The notes: generated by a model from the letters alone, not told the origin. A stretch of 64,000 nucleotides of DNA from Nitrospiraceae bacterium (GCA_012517735.1 JAAYUK010000063.1:2671-66670); one strand, 5' to 3'. Positions 45,490 to 54,082 are shown, counted from the first letter of the stretch. Made by a program: numbers and translations.

Positions 45490-45870
45490 ATGAAAATCTG
45501 TTTCCCGGTTGAACAGTCAGAAGGCATGCAGAGCAAGGTGTACGGTCACTTCGGGTCAGCCCCGGTGTTTGTTGTGGTCGATACGGAAGTACAGTCGGTA
45601 ACCGAAATCGTCAATCGTGATCTCCACCATCAGCATGGCGCCTGCAGCCCGATCAAGGCGCTCGGCGGGGCTGCTGTCGACGCGATTGTTGTCGGCGGCA
45701 TCGGAGCCGGTGCATTGATGAAGTTGCAGGAGGCGGGCATGCAGGTATATCGGGCCGGTGCATACACGATTGCCGAGAATATGAATTTGATGCAAAGGGG
45801 CATGCTCCAGATTCTGCAGCCGCATCAGGTCTGCGGCGGCCATGCTCACGGCGGCGGCTGCTCCCACTGA
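45490..45870 (+). CDS. NifX/NifB-like (dinitrogenase FeMo-cofactor-binding fold, COG1433; orange-protein-like) protein with Cys/His tail
   Basis: MKICFPVEQSEGMQSKVYGHFGSAPVFVVVD..AIVVGGIGAGAL..AGMQVY.., tail CGGHAHGGGCSH. Paralog of 58192-58566. Confidence 0.85.
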   Translation: MKICFPVEQSEGMQSKVYGHFGSAPVFVVVDTEVQSVTEIVNRDLHHQHGACSPIKALGGAAVDAIVVGGIGAGALMKLQEAGMQVYRAGAYTIAENMNLMQRGMLQILQPHQVCGGHAHGGGCSH

Positions 45871-45953
45871 GGGTTTCGACAGCATGCAATTCTGTCTCCC
45901 CGTAGAGACGGATAACGGATTGCGTAGTCAGGTTCTTGGGCATAATTAAGATC

Positions 45954-46241
45954 ATGGGACGAACGAAGAAACCCAGAACCTGCGGCTGCCCGTTTGACGA
46001 GCTGAAATGCTGCATATTCAAACCGCGGGGCATCCCGATGCATTCGCTGCAGCGTACGGTCATCAGTCTGGATGAAATCGAGGCCCTTCGTCTGTGTGAC
46101 GGAGAAAGTCTGACGCAGGAGGAAGCCGGTACCCGCATGGGGATTTCCCGGGGGACGGTTCAGCGGTTGCTGGAGAGCGGCAGAAGAAAAACCATTTCAG
46201 CGCTCGTTGATGCAACGGCAATTATAATCGAAAAACCATAG
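45954..46241 (+). CDS. DUF134 (UPF0251) predicted DNA-binding protein
   Basis: ..FKPRGIPM..ISLDEIEALRLCDGESLTQEEAGTRMGISRGTVQRLL.. is a sigma-70 region-4-like HTH. Cys-rich N-terminus (CGC..CC). Confidence 0.8.
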   Translation: MGRTKKPRTCGCPFDELKCCIFKPRGIPMHSLQRTVISLDEIEALRLCDGESLTQEEAGTRMGISRGTVQRLLESGRRKTISALVDATAIIIEKP

Positions 46242-46287
46242 GCTTATGTAGCGGTAAAAACCCTTTTGCGGCAGAAGGGGGGTAACG

Positions 46288-47163
46288 ATGCCATCGAATT
46301 TTTTTCTGCGGAGTTTCATTTCTCTGCTCACCACGCTCAGCTTCCTGCTTGCTTCAATAACCGGGATCGTGCTCTTTATCGTTCCCCAGGGACGTGTGGC
46401 TTACTGGACCGACTGGAAACTGCTTGCGCTCTCAAAAACCGATTGGGGCAATGTCCATATCTCCGCCTGTGTGATATTCATGATTGCGGGAAGTATCCAT
46501 TTGTATTTCAACTGGCCGGTTTTTCTCAGCCACCTGAAAGATCGTGTGAAACGAACCTACACGCTCCGGAAGGAACTTGCCGCGGCAGTTCTTCTTTCGA
46601 TACTTGTCGTAGCGGGGTCCATCGCTCCGTTTCCGCCTATGAGCTGGCTTCTGTCGCTCAATACGCAGATCAAGGAGTACTGGGTGAACAAGGGATACGG
46701 TGAGCCTCCGTTCGGGCATGCCGAGCAGGTTTCGCTTGCTGCGCTCGCGCGACGGGAGAACATCGATCTGCAACAGGCCATGGACGGCATGCGCAGGCGC
46801 GGTATTGTGGTTGCCGGCGAGCAGGAGACGCTCGAGAGCATCGCAAAAAAGAACAAAACCTCACCGGCTGCGCTTTTCGCACTCATGAAGCTCAGCCCCG
46901 CGAAATCTCCGGTCAACATTCCTGCTTCGGAAAACCGGCCTCGGCTTTCGGCAGTTGATCTCGAAGCGAAGTTTTCGGGAAGCGGCATCGGACGCAAAAC
47001 CGTTCCCGAGGTCGTTGCAGAAATCGGACTCCCACGCGAAGTTGCTGAGCGGCGTCTTGCAGCGAGGAATATCCATGTGCGCGAGGGTGAGACCTTGAAA
47101 GAGACTGCCGCCCGTCTCGGAATAAAACCGATTGATATTGTGAAGGGTCTTGCAGATGACTAG
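46288..47163 (+). CDS. DUF4405-like membrane protein with soluble C-terminal domain
   Basis: Four predicted TM helices (..LTTLSFLLASITGIVLFIVP..HISACVIFMIAGSIHLYFNW..). The family call is from memory. Confidence 0.6.
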   Translation: MPSNFFLRSFISLLTTLSFLLASITGIVLFIVPQGRVAYWTDWKLLALSKTDWGNVHISACVIFMIAGSIHLYFNWPVFLSHLKDRVKRTYTLRKELAAAVLLSILVVAGSIAPFPPMSWLLSLNTQIKEYWVNKGYGEPPFGHAEQVSLAALARRENIDLQQAMDGMRRRGIVVAGEQETLESIAKKNKTSPAALFALMKLSPAKSPVNIPASENRPRLSAVDLEAKFSGSGIGRKTVPEVVAEIGLPREVAERRLAARNIHVREGETLKETAARLGIKPIDIVKGLADD

Positions 47164-47207
47164 TCGCAGAACGGTGCGGTAAGCTTGGAGCAGAAAGGAG
47201 TATGCAC

Positions 47208-47555
47208 ATGCAGAAGTATGCGCTCTTTGTTTTCAATGGTGAGATGATGTGTTTTGTCCATGTCCTTCTGAACGCGATTCAGATGCATGAACGGGGGCTT
47301 GAAGCGCGCATTGTCATGGAAGGAGCATCGACCAGGCTTCTTCCGGAACTGGTGAAGCCTGACAATCCCCTTGCCGGGCTCTTTGCAAAGGCAAAAGAGC
47401 AGGGGCTTGTCGATGGCGTCTGCCGGGCGTGCTCGCAGAAGATGGGCACGCTGGCCGAAGCCGAAGCACAGGGGTTGCCGCTTCTTGATGATATGCAGGG
47501 ACATCCCGGCATGGCGGGCTACACTGCCCGGGGGTACACACTAATCACATTTTGA
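47208..47555 (+). CDS. DsrE/DsrF-like family protein (putative sulfur/selenium carrier)
   Basis: ..YALFVFNGEMMCFVHVLLNA..IVMEGASTRLLPEL..GVCRACSQKMG..GHPGMAGY... ATG at 47208 is 9 nt after AGGAG (alternative 47202). Confidence 0.55.
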   Translation: MQKYALFVFNGEMMCFVHVLLNAIQMHERGLEARIVMEGASTRLLPELVKPDNPLAGLFAKAKEQGLVDGVCRACSQKMGTLAEAEAQGLPLLDDMQGHPGMAGYTARGYTLITF

Positions 47556-47574
47556 GCCTGCAGAAGGAGGCGAT

Positions 47575-48099
47575 ATGACACGAAGAGACGAGAAAAGCTG
47601 GAGTCCCTATGTCGCAGGTGCCTTGACCGGCATTGTGCTGATCCTGTCGGTCTGGGTTGCGGACAAGTATGTCGGTGCCTCGACGACTTTTGTCCGCACT
47701 GCGGGCATGATCGAGCAGCAGTTTGCGCCGGACAAGGTGAAGACGATGGAGTATTTTATCAAGGAAAAACCGATAGTCGACTGGCAGACACTGTTTGTAG
47801 CCGGCATCTTTATCGGTTCACTCTTTGCAGCCGTCATGTTTAACGACTTCAAGAAACAGGCGGTCCCTCCCATGTGGGAAAAGCGCTTTGGCCCGAGTAT
47901 CCCCAAACGTGCGGTGTTTGCATTTCTCGGCGGCGCGGTTGCGATGTTTGGAGCGCGCCTTGCCGACGGCTGACCGAGCGGTCATGGGCTGAGCGGGTCG
48001 CTCCAGCTTGCGGTCAGCGGTTTCATAGCGCTGATCTGTTTCTTTGTCGGCGGCATGGTTTCCGCCCGTATCATGTACGGAGGAGGTAACCAGAAATGA
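47575..48099 (+). CDS. YeeE/YedE-family half-transporter with in-frame TGA (probable selenocysteine) at 47971-47973
   Basis: ..FLGGAVAMFGARLADG-[TGA]-PSGHGLSGS.. matches the family GGCxSGHG motif. Read-through ends at a TGA (48097-99) that overlaps the next gene's ATG. GAAGGAGG RBS. Confidence 0.7.
47988..48007 (+). promoter_or_regulatory. Candidate bacterial SECIS hairpin
   Basis: GCUGAGCG-GGU-CGCUC(C)AGC begins 14 nt after the UGA. G/U-containing apical loop with one bulged C. Confidence 0.5.
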
Positions 48100-48623
48100 G
48101 TCCTCTCCTGTATGGTTTGATCACCGGCATCGCATTTGGTTTTCTTTTGCAGAGAGGAGGAGTGCTTCGGTATGATCGCCAGATCGGCGCGCTCCGACTG
48201 ATGGATATGACCATTCTGAAATTCATGCTCAGCGCGATTCTTGTCGCCATGGTCGGCGTATATCTGCTCAAGGACATGGGGATCGTCAAGCTGAATCTCA
48301 AACCGACCATTATAGGCGCCCAGATACTCGGCGGACTGATTTTCGGCCTCGGATGGGGCGTGCTCGGCTATTGCCCCGGCACGCAGATGGGTGCTCTGGG
48401 GGAAGGACGCTGGGATGCCGTGTGGGGCATCATGGGCATGCTGCTTGGAGCAGCACTGTATGCGGAAGCATATCCGATCATGAAAACGACTGTTCTGACC
48501 TGGGGCGTTTACGGCAAAATCACCCTGCCGCAGGTTCTCGGGGTCAATCATTGGCTGGTTATTGTTCCGTTGGTATTCGGTGGTATCGGGTTGTTCTTAT
48601 GGTTTGAAAAAAAGGGACTGTAG
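48096..48623 (+). CDS. YeeE/YedE-family half-transporter (Cys form)
   Basis: ..GIAFGFLLQRGG..GGLIFGLGWGVLGYCPGT..; GGAGGAGG RBS. 175 aa. Confidence 0.8.
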   Translation: MSPLLYGLITGIAFGFLLQRGGVLRYDRQIGALRLMDMTILKFMLSAILVAMVGVYLLKDMGIVKLNLKPTIIGAQILGGLIFGLGWGVLGYCPGTQMGALGEGRWDAVWGIMGMLLGAALYAEAYPIMKTTVLTWGVYGKITLPQVLGVNHWLVIVPLVFGGIGLFLWFEKKGL

Positions 48624-48632
48624 TACATTGAG

Positions 48633-48667
48633 CAGCGTGGGGCGACTATTCTCCCCACGCTGTTTTT
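48633..48667 (+). terminator. Intrinsic terminator ending the YedE operon
   Basis: CAGCGTGGGG-10 nt-CCCCACGCTG followed by TTTTT. Confidence 0.85.
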
Positions 48668-48862
48668 GATAGAACGGTTCCGTCTTGATCAAAAAAAACC
48701 AGAGTGGCAATCCTGCGAACGCTGATGCACTGGGGATTGCCATTTGGCGGTAGTTGAATCGCTCGCTGCCCGACGGGAGCGGGAAACGGAGCTGCATGGC
48801 TGTCCTGTCGGGCTCATGACAAAGCCAGGCGCATCGAATTGACATGGAAGTGCCTTCCCCGC

Positions 48863-50074
48863 TCAGCAACGGGAAACCAGCTGGACCGGCACCCTGCTTC
48901 CTTTTTCGAGTTTTTCGCACCCTTCGGCAATCATGACTATCGCGTCGGCCCGCGCCATGAATTGCAGACGGCTCGACAGCTTGAGCGGCCGGAATTCGAG
49001 TCCATCTCTTGTTTGTCGAAGCGATCCATAAATAAACTGTGTCCAGTCCTTTTGCCCCTGAACTGCTTCGGTGATGATCGCATGGGCAACGGGGAGTCCG
49101 CATATGGTGTGGCCGCCCAGCTTCAACAATCCCGGAAGTGCAAGCTGCAGAAACGCCATCTGATTCGACGGTGGTCCTCCGGGCAGGCAGAATACCGGTT
49201 TCGATGCGAGATGGCCGAAGCCAATCGCCTTTCCGGGCCCCATGCGTACCCGATGAAATGTCTTTTCCCATCCCATGTCATCCAGAATCTGCACCACACG
49301 ATCACGCTCCCCTTTCCATGCCCCTCCGCTGGTGATCAGGCAATCGGCAGTCCGCAGGACATCGCTGATTGCACGCCTGATGGCTGTCGCTGAATCATTG
49401 ACCACACGTTGTTTTGAGCTCATGCCATAGATGGAGCACCACGAGGCGATGGTGACCAGATTGCTTGCAAAGACCATCCCGTCCCGGATTTTCCGGCCAA
49501 CGGCAACCACCTCGTCGCCGGTCGCGACAATGCCGACACGCGGGGATCGGTACACTGGGATTTTCTCATGTCCGGCCGCGGCCAGAAGTCCGATCTGCGA
49601 CGGCGAAAGACGGGAGCCCTTTTCAACGAGCAGGTCGCCGATTGCAGCGTCAGTCCCTTTTTCCAGGATATTTCTCCCCCTGGCCGACGGAGCGGAAACA
49701 GAAACGGTCCCATTGTCGCAGGCAGTAAATTCCTCTGCGACCACTGCATCAGCTCCATCCGGTATCGCGGCCCCCGACATTATTCGTACGGTCGTTCCCG
49801 GCACGACTCTGATTATCTCTGATGAACCGGCCATGCGACTGCCGGTCAGCCTGAGTTGTACCGGACACGCTGGTGACGCACCGGCGATGTCGGAGGAGAT
49901 GACCGCATATCCGTCTTTCAGCGAGATATCAACGGAGGGAGTATCGATCAACGAAGCTACCGGTGATGCAGCCACCCTGCCGGTGAGTTTACCGATAGGC
50001 ACATCCTCGGCCGGCAGCGGCAGAATGCTGCCAACCGTCATTGCAAGCGCTTCATTGAATGATATTTCGGGCAT
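48863..50074 (-). CDS. moeA: Molybdopterin molybdenumtransferase
   Basis: ..DISLKDGYAV..RIMSGAAIPDGADAVV..GDEV......I.D.N......ITSGG...G..D... Confidence 0.88.
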   Translation of the reverse strand: MPEISFNEALAMTVGSILPLPAEDVPIGKLTGRVAASPVASLIDTPSVDISLKDGYAVISSDIAGASPACPVQLRLTGSRMAGSSEIIRVVPGTTVRIMSGAAIPDGADAVVAEEFTACDNGTVSVSAPSARGRNILEKGTDAAIGDLLVEKGSRLSPSQIGLLAAAGHEKIPVYRSPRVGIVATGDEVVAVGRKIRDGMVFASNLVTIASWCSIYGMSSKQRVVNDSATAIRRAISDVLRTADCLITSGGAWKGERDRVVQILDDMGWEKTFHRVRMGPGKAIGFGHLASKPVFCLPGGPPSNQMAFLQLALPGLLKLGGHTICGLPVAHAIITEAVQGQKDWTQFIYGSLRQTRDGLEFRPLKLSSRLQFMARADAIVMIAEGCEKLEKGSRVPVQLVSRC

Positions 50075-50113
50075 ATAATCCTTTCCGGGAAGCTTCTTTG
50101 CCTGAAGCAGTGC

Positions 50114-50509
50114 CTATGGACGCTCTGTCAACTGAATGATCGCTTCTTTTTTTATCTCATCCACCAGAAACGAACATGCCGCAAAACAGCGATCGCGTGT
50201 CGCTCCGGACACCATCACCAATAGAACGGAATCACGCGGTCCGACACGCCCGATTCTGTGGACGACCAGAATCTGATTGAGCACAAACCGCTGAGCCGTT
50301 TCAGCTGCGAGCCCGGCGAGACGCTGGTTAACATCCGTGCTGCGTGGTATCAGTTCCACACCAGAAAAATCCGCAATCTGCTTTCCGGGCCGCTTCACCA
50401 TGCCGTGGTGACTGACCACCGTTCCGCTCCGGTCATCGTCCTGATCAATGAACGTCCTGTACAAAGCCAGATAATCTATCGGTTCCTCTGTTGCATAGGC
50501 TGTTATCAT
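50114..50509 (-). CDS. moaE: Molybdopterin synthase catalytic subunit MoaE-like
   Basis: ..GTVVSHHGMVKRPGK..ILVVHRIGRVGPRDSVLLVMVSGATRDRCFAACSFLVDEIKK... ATG at 50509 with GGAGG RBS. Confidence 0.75.
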   Translation of the reverse strand: MITAYATEEPIDYLALYRTFIDQDDDRSGTVVSHHGMVKRPGKQIADFSGVELIPRSTDVNQRLAGLAAETAQRFVLNQILVVHRIGRVGPRDSVLLVMVSGATRDRCFAACSFLVDEIKKEAIIQLTERP

Positions 50510-50642
50510 GGAGCCTCCGAATCCGTTTGTTGGTTGCTGTCCATTACGACTCAAAAGGGCGTCCAGTCGCTCCCCTGCTTGTGTATCACTGCCTGCTCAT
50601 GACACAATAACCATAATTTTTTTGCAGCGGTAAAGGAGACCT

Positions 50643-51101
50643 ATGCCACGTCCCAAATGCCAGAGACAGATCGCCGGACTCCCTGCCTCTACCTACTTCA
50701 AGCCGCGGGGAATCCCGATGTCGGATCTCGAGGAAGTAATCCTGACGATCGATGAAGTGGAAGCGATACGCCTTGCCGATCACGAAGGGCTCTATCAGGA
50801 ACAGGCGGCCGAGTTCATGAAGATTTCCCGCCAGACGTTCGGGCGGGTAATCGCCTCTGCGCACCGGAAGATCGCCGATGCCCTGGTTACCGGTAAGGCA
50901 TTGCGGATTGAAGGCGGTGTTGTCAGTTTCGCGCAGGCGACAAAATACCGGTGCGCTTCCTGTGATGAAAAATGGTCGCCTCCGAGCGGCACGGGTGCGC
51001 CCGCAATCTGTCCGTCCTGCGGCAGCAGTGCTCTTGGCGCTCATGCAGACATCCATCACCGTCACAGAAAAGGCCGGGCCGGTAAGAACTCCCGGGGTTA
51101 A
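50643..51101 (+). CDS. DUF134 DNA-binding protein fused to a C-terminal CxxC..CxxC zinc ribbon
   Basis: MPRPKCQRQI..YFKPRGIPM..IDEVEAIRLADHEGLYQEQAAEFMKISRQTFGRV.., then ..YRCASCDEKW..ICPSCGS. Confidence 0.8.
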   Translation: MPRPKCQRQIAGLPASTYFKPRGIPMSDLEEVILTIDEVEAIRLADHEGLYQEQAAEFMKISRQTFGRVIASAHRKIADALVTGKALRIEGGVVSFAQATKYRCASCDEKWSPPSGTGAPAICPSCGSSALGAHADIHHRHRKGRAGKNSRG

Positions 51102-51340
51102 CCGCAGTGCGGTTCGGCGCAGGGCGTAGCACTGCCGCAACAGGTTGTCGCGCTCCCGCAGCGCGGCCGGGAAAGCCCCGCATCAGCAGACCCTTTCATG
51201 ATGAATCCGCTTCCTCCGGTAATAATCCGACGGCTCGGGGCAGCGCATTTCGGACACGGGCGGTCTTCCGTTTCCTGCATTGAGTGGATTACCTCAAACA
51301 GTTCTCCGCACGCATTGCAGCGGTAATCATATTTCGGCAT
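51098..51340 (-). CDS. FmdB-family zinc-ribbon protein
   Basis: MPKYDYRCNACGELFEVIHSM..RPCPKCAA.. with a Cys-rich tail. AGGAG RBS. Confidence 0.8.
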   Translation of the reverse strand: MPKYDYRCNACGELFEVIHSMQETEDRPCPKCAAPSRRIITGGSGFIMKGSADAGLSRPRCGSATTCCGSATPCAEPHCG

Positions 51341-51387
51341 GGCAACTCCTTTCTGGTGCGCCGCTCCGGATTTCACCGGACGGCGGA

Positions 51388-52230
51388 TTATTTCAGCACA
51401 ATCCGAAGTCCTGCATAGCCGATGCGGACTGCGTGTGGAAATGCGTCTGTCAGTGCGGCGATTGCCCGTTCCCCGCTGCAGTGGCAGGGGACGATCAATT
51501 CAGGCGCAAAGGACTGCAGCGCCGAGACCGTGTATGCGATGCGCTCGTCCGATGCGTTCATGAGATGCAAGCCTCCGATAACGGCACGTATTCTCTCATC
51601 TGGTCCCGTAAGGCTGATCACATGATGGAGCGTGTTTACAATTCCCGCGTGGGCACAGCCGACACAGACGACAATTCCTTCCGGCGTTCGTATCCAGAGC
51701 GCCATGTCGTCTTCGAGCAGGTCGCTCCTGACGGGGGCAGGGTCAAGATAAAAGGGGCCGCCGGTATCCTCAATACCATTGTTCCGGGGAATATGACCGG
51801 TGATGCCGACGGTTCTGCTCAGCTGAAACGGTTCGGCCGATGGACAGAAGCGGCCGGTCGGCAGGCTTTCCGCCGCAGCCCGTGCATCTCCCTGCATGCC
51901 GATGCTTCTGACGGTACCGTCACGGATACTATAGCGTTCGCGAAGCGCTTCCGGATGACAGAACAGATGCGGATACCTGGCGAGAGAAAGAACATGGGCG
52001 ACTCCGCCTGTGTGGTCATAATGGCCATGGCTCAGGATCACCGCATTCGTCAGCGACAGATGAATTCCCATCTTTTCGGCATTCGGGATCAACGCACCAC
52101 CCTGCCCGGTGTCGAACAGCAGCCGCATGCCGTCCGCCTCGATCCAGAGGGCGAGGCCATGTTCGCGCACGAAACCGTCGGCAGTCCGGTTATCTGCGAG
52201 AATGCTGATGATCACGCGCTCTTTGTCCAT
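51388..52230 (-). CDS. MBL-fold metallo-hydrolase
   Basis: ..LLFDTGQG.. and HGHYDHTGG (HxHxDH motif). Confidence 0.85.
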   Translation of the reverse strand: MDKERVIISILADNRTADGFVREHGLALWIEADGMRLLFDTGQGGALIPNAEKMGIHLSLTNAVILSHGHYDHTGGVAHVLSLARYPHLFCHPEALRERYSIRDGTVRSIGMQGDARAAAESLPTGRFCPSAEPFQLSRTVGITGHIPRNNGIEDTGGPFYLDPAPVRSDLLEDDMALWIRTPEGIVVCVGCAHAGIVNTLHHVISLTGPDERIRAVIGGLHLMNASDERIAYTVSALQSFAPELIVPCHCSGERAIAALTDAFPHAVRIGYAGLRIVLK

Positions 52231-52361
52231 GGACGACCTTCTCCTGTCCGATGCCTGTGTTTCAACAGATCATCATCGAAAGGAATCCCCCGATGATGAC
52301 TACGTACAGTATATCCGTTTTCCCGACCAATGCGGCAAGTACAGCAGAGCGGGCTACAAAC

Positions 52362-54059
52362 CTATTTTTCCCTCGGATACGGCCATGCCGCAATGCCGCC
52401 TTCCATTACCCTGACATTCTTCCACCCGTTCGCTTCAAGCACCAGTGCCGCTTCATAGCCGCGCAGGGAGATCTTGCAGAACGCGATGATTTCACGATCC
52501 TTGTCAGAAGGAAGTTCCGCCAGTCGTTTCCGGAGTGCTCCGAGCGGGATGAGTGTTTCGCCGGCGCCGATACGCATCTCTTCATATTCGTCAGGACCGC
52601 GGGCATCGAGCAGAAACGGTTTTTCGCCGCGGTCGAGTTTGGTCTTTACCTCTTCAGGGGTCAGCCCCTTCAGCCGCCCAAGCAGTTTGTTTTGCATGAG
52701 GTGGGCCGTCGCAATGCCGTGGTCGATTGCGAGCGAAAACGGTGGCGCATACGGAAGGTCGGCGTTTGCCATGTCGTCGACCGTCAGATTGCCGAGGATC
52801 GCCATTGCCCATTGCGCTATCTGCCGGTTCACATTGCCGGGCCCGGCACACTGGGCGCCGAGGATTCGTCCGGTTTTCCGGTCGGCAACCAGTTTGGTGA
52901 CAAGGAGCTTCCCCTTCATGAAACCGGGCAGGTCCGGGCTTGCGTTGATCACCGATACCGCATCGAATCCGTGCTCTCTGGCCGAGCGCTCCGAGAGGCC
53001 GGTTGCGCCGGCGGAAAAATCAAAGACTTTGCAGATGCCGGTCTGGATGGTTCCCGGAAAGGTCACCCGGTTGCCGAGCACGGCGTTTTCACCCGCAACG
53101 CGTCCTTCGAGATTGGCGAGATCGCCATAGGGGGCAAGCACTTTCTTCCCGGTGATCCGGTGCGTCAGCTCCACACAGTCGCCGACAGCGTAAATGTCGG
53201 GATCGGACGTCTGCATATACTGATCGACGACGATTCCTCCCGTATCTCCGATAGCGAGTCCTGCTTTTTTCGCCAGAACGGCATTGGGCGCAACGCCGAT
53301 GGCGACCACCGCAAGCTCGCAGGGCAGTTCAGTGCCGTTCTGCAGTTTGACGCCGGTCAGCACCCCATCGTTTCCCAGAAAAGCCGCGATACCGTTGCCG
53401 GTGATCACATTGACGCCTTTGCTCCTGACATGGTTTTCGACCAGTTTTGCGATGTCGAAGTCGAGAAAGGTCAACAGCTGGGGCAGCATCTCGATGACGG
53501 TGAGTTCCAGTCCGGCAAGTTGAAGGGCTTCACAGGTTTCGATGCCGATCAATCCCTCGCCGATAATGACCGCCTTTTTGATCGTGCCGCCATCCCGCAC
53601 GGCGCGCAAATAGTCCGCATCCTGCATGGACTGGAGGGTCGTGATGCCTTTCAGGTCGGCTCCTGGGACCGGCGGCCTCCGGGGGACCGATCCGGTCGCA
53701 AGAATCAGTTTGTCGTAGGTCAGTGAGCCGGTTTCCCCCGTGAGCAGATTGGTGAAGGAAACCCGTTTCTCTGCGCGTTCGATGCTGGTCACCTCCGTCG
53801 AGACGCGCGCATCGATCCCTTTTGCGTTCAGATAGAATTTGGGATCGCGCACTACCCCGGCAGGAGTGGCAAGCAGCTGGTTGCGGTCGTCGAAGAATCC
53901 GCCGACGTAATACGGATAGCCGCATGAGGCCATGGAGAGCTCCGGGCCCTTCTGGAGTAAAACAATCTCTGCGTGTTCATTGCAGCGTCGTGCCTTTGCC
54001 GCTGCCTTCGGTCCGGCCGCCGAGCCGCCGATAACGACAATACGCGTGGTTTGAGTCAT
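52362..54059 (-). CDS. CoA-disulfide reductase/NADH-oxidase-family flavoprotein with C-terminal rhodanese domain
   Basis: VVIGGSAAGPKAA (FAD), redox Cys in ..SMASCGYPYY.., second Rossmann motif IIGEGLIGIE, and rhodanese loop ..IAFCKISLRG. Confidence 0.85.
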   Translation of the reverse strand: MTQTTRIVVIGGSAAGPKAAAKARRCNEHAEIVLLQKGPELSMASCGYPYYVGGFFDDRNQLLATPAGVVRDPKFYLNAKGIDARVSTEVTSIERAEKRVSFTNLLTGETGSLTYDKLILATGSVPRRPPVPGADLKGITTLQSMQDADYLRAVRDGGTIKKAVIIGEGLIGIETCEALQLAGLELTVIEMLPQLLTFLDFDIAKLVENHVRSKGVNVITGNGIAAFLGNDGVLTGVKLQNGTELPCELAVVAIGVAPNAVLAKKAGLAIGDTGGIVVDQYMQTSDPDIYAVGDCVELTHRITGKKVLAPYGDLANLEGRVAGENAVLGNRVTFPGTIQTGICKVFDFSAGATGLSERSAREHGFDAVSVINASPDLPGFMKGKLLVTKLVADRKTGRILGAQCAGPGNVNRQIAQWAMAILGNLTVDDMANADLPYAPPFSLAIDHGIATAHLMQNKLLGRLKGLTPEEVKTKLDRGEKPFLLDARGPDEYEEMRIGAGETLIPLGALRKRLAELPSDKDREIIAFCKISLRGYEAALVLEANGWKNVRVMEGGIAAWPYPREK

Positions 54060-54082
54060 GTGCGTGATCCTCCTCGTTTTAT

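Noticed and set aside
48597-49271. 224-aa minus-strand ORF overlapping the 3' half of moeA in another frame.
   Set aside because: It overlaps the well-supported moeA frame (48863-50074) and extends into the terminator region. It has no motifs and no RBS.
51280-53726. Plus-strand ORFs 51280-52296 (338 aa) and 52251-53726 (491 aa), opposite the MBL hydrolase and the CoADR-rhodanese genes.
   Set aside because: These are antisense shadows. The minus-strand products carry clear HxHxDH, FAD/NAD and rhodanese motifs, and the plus-strand translations show none.
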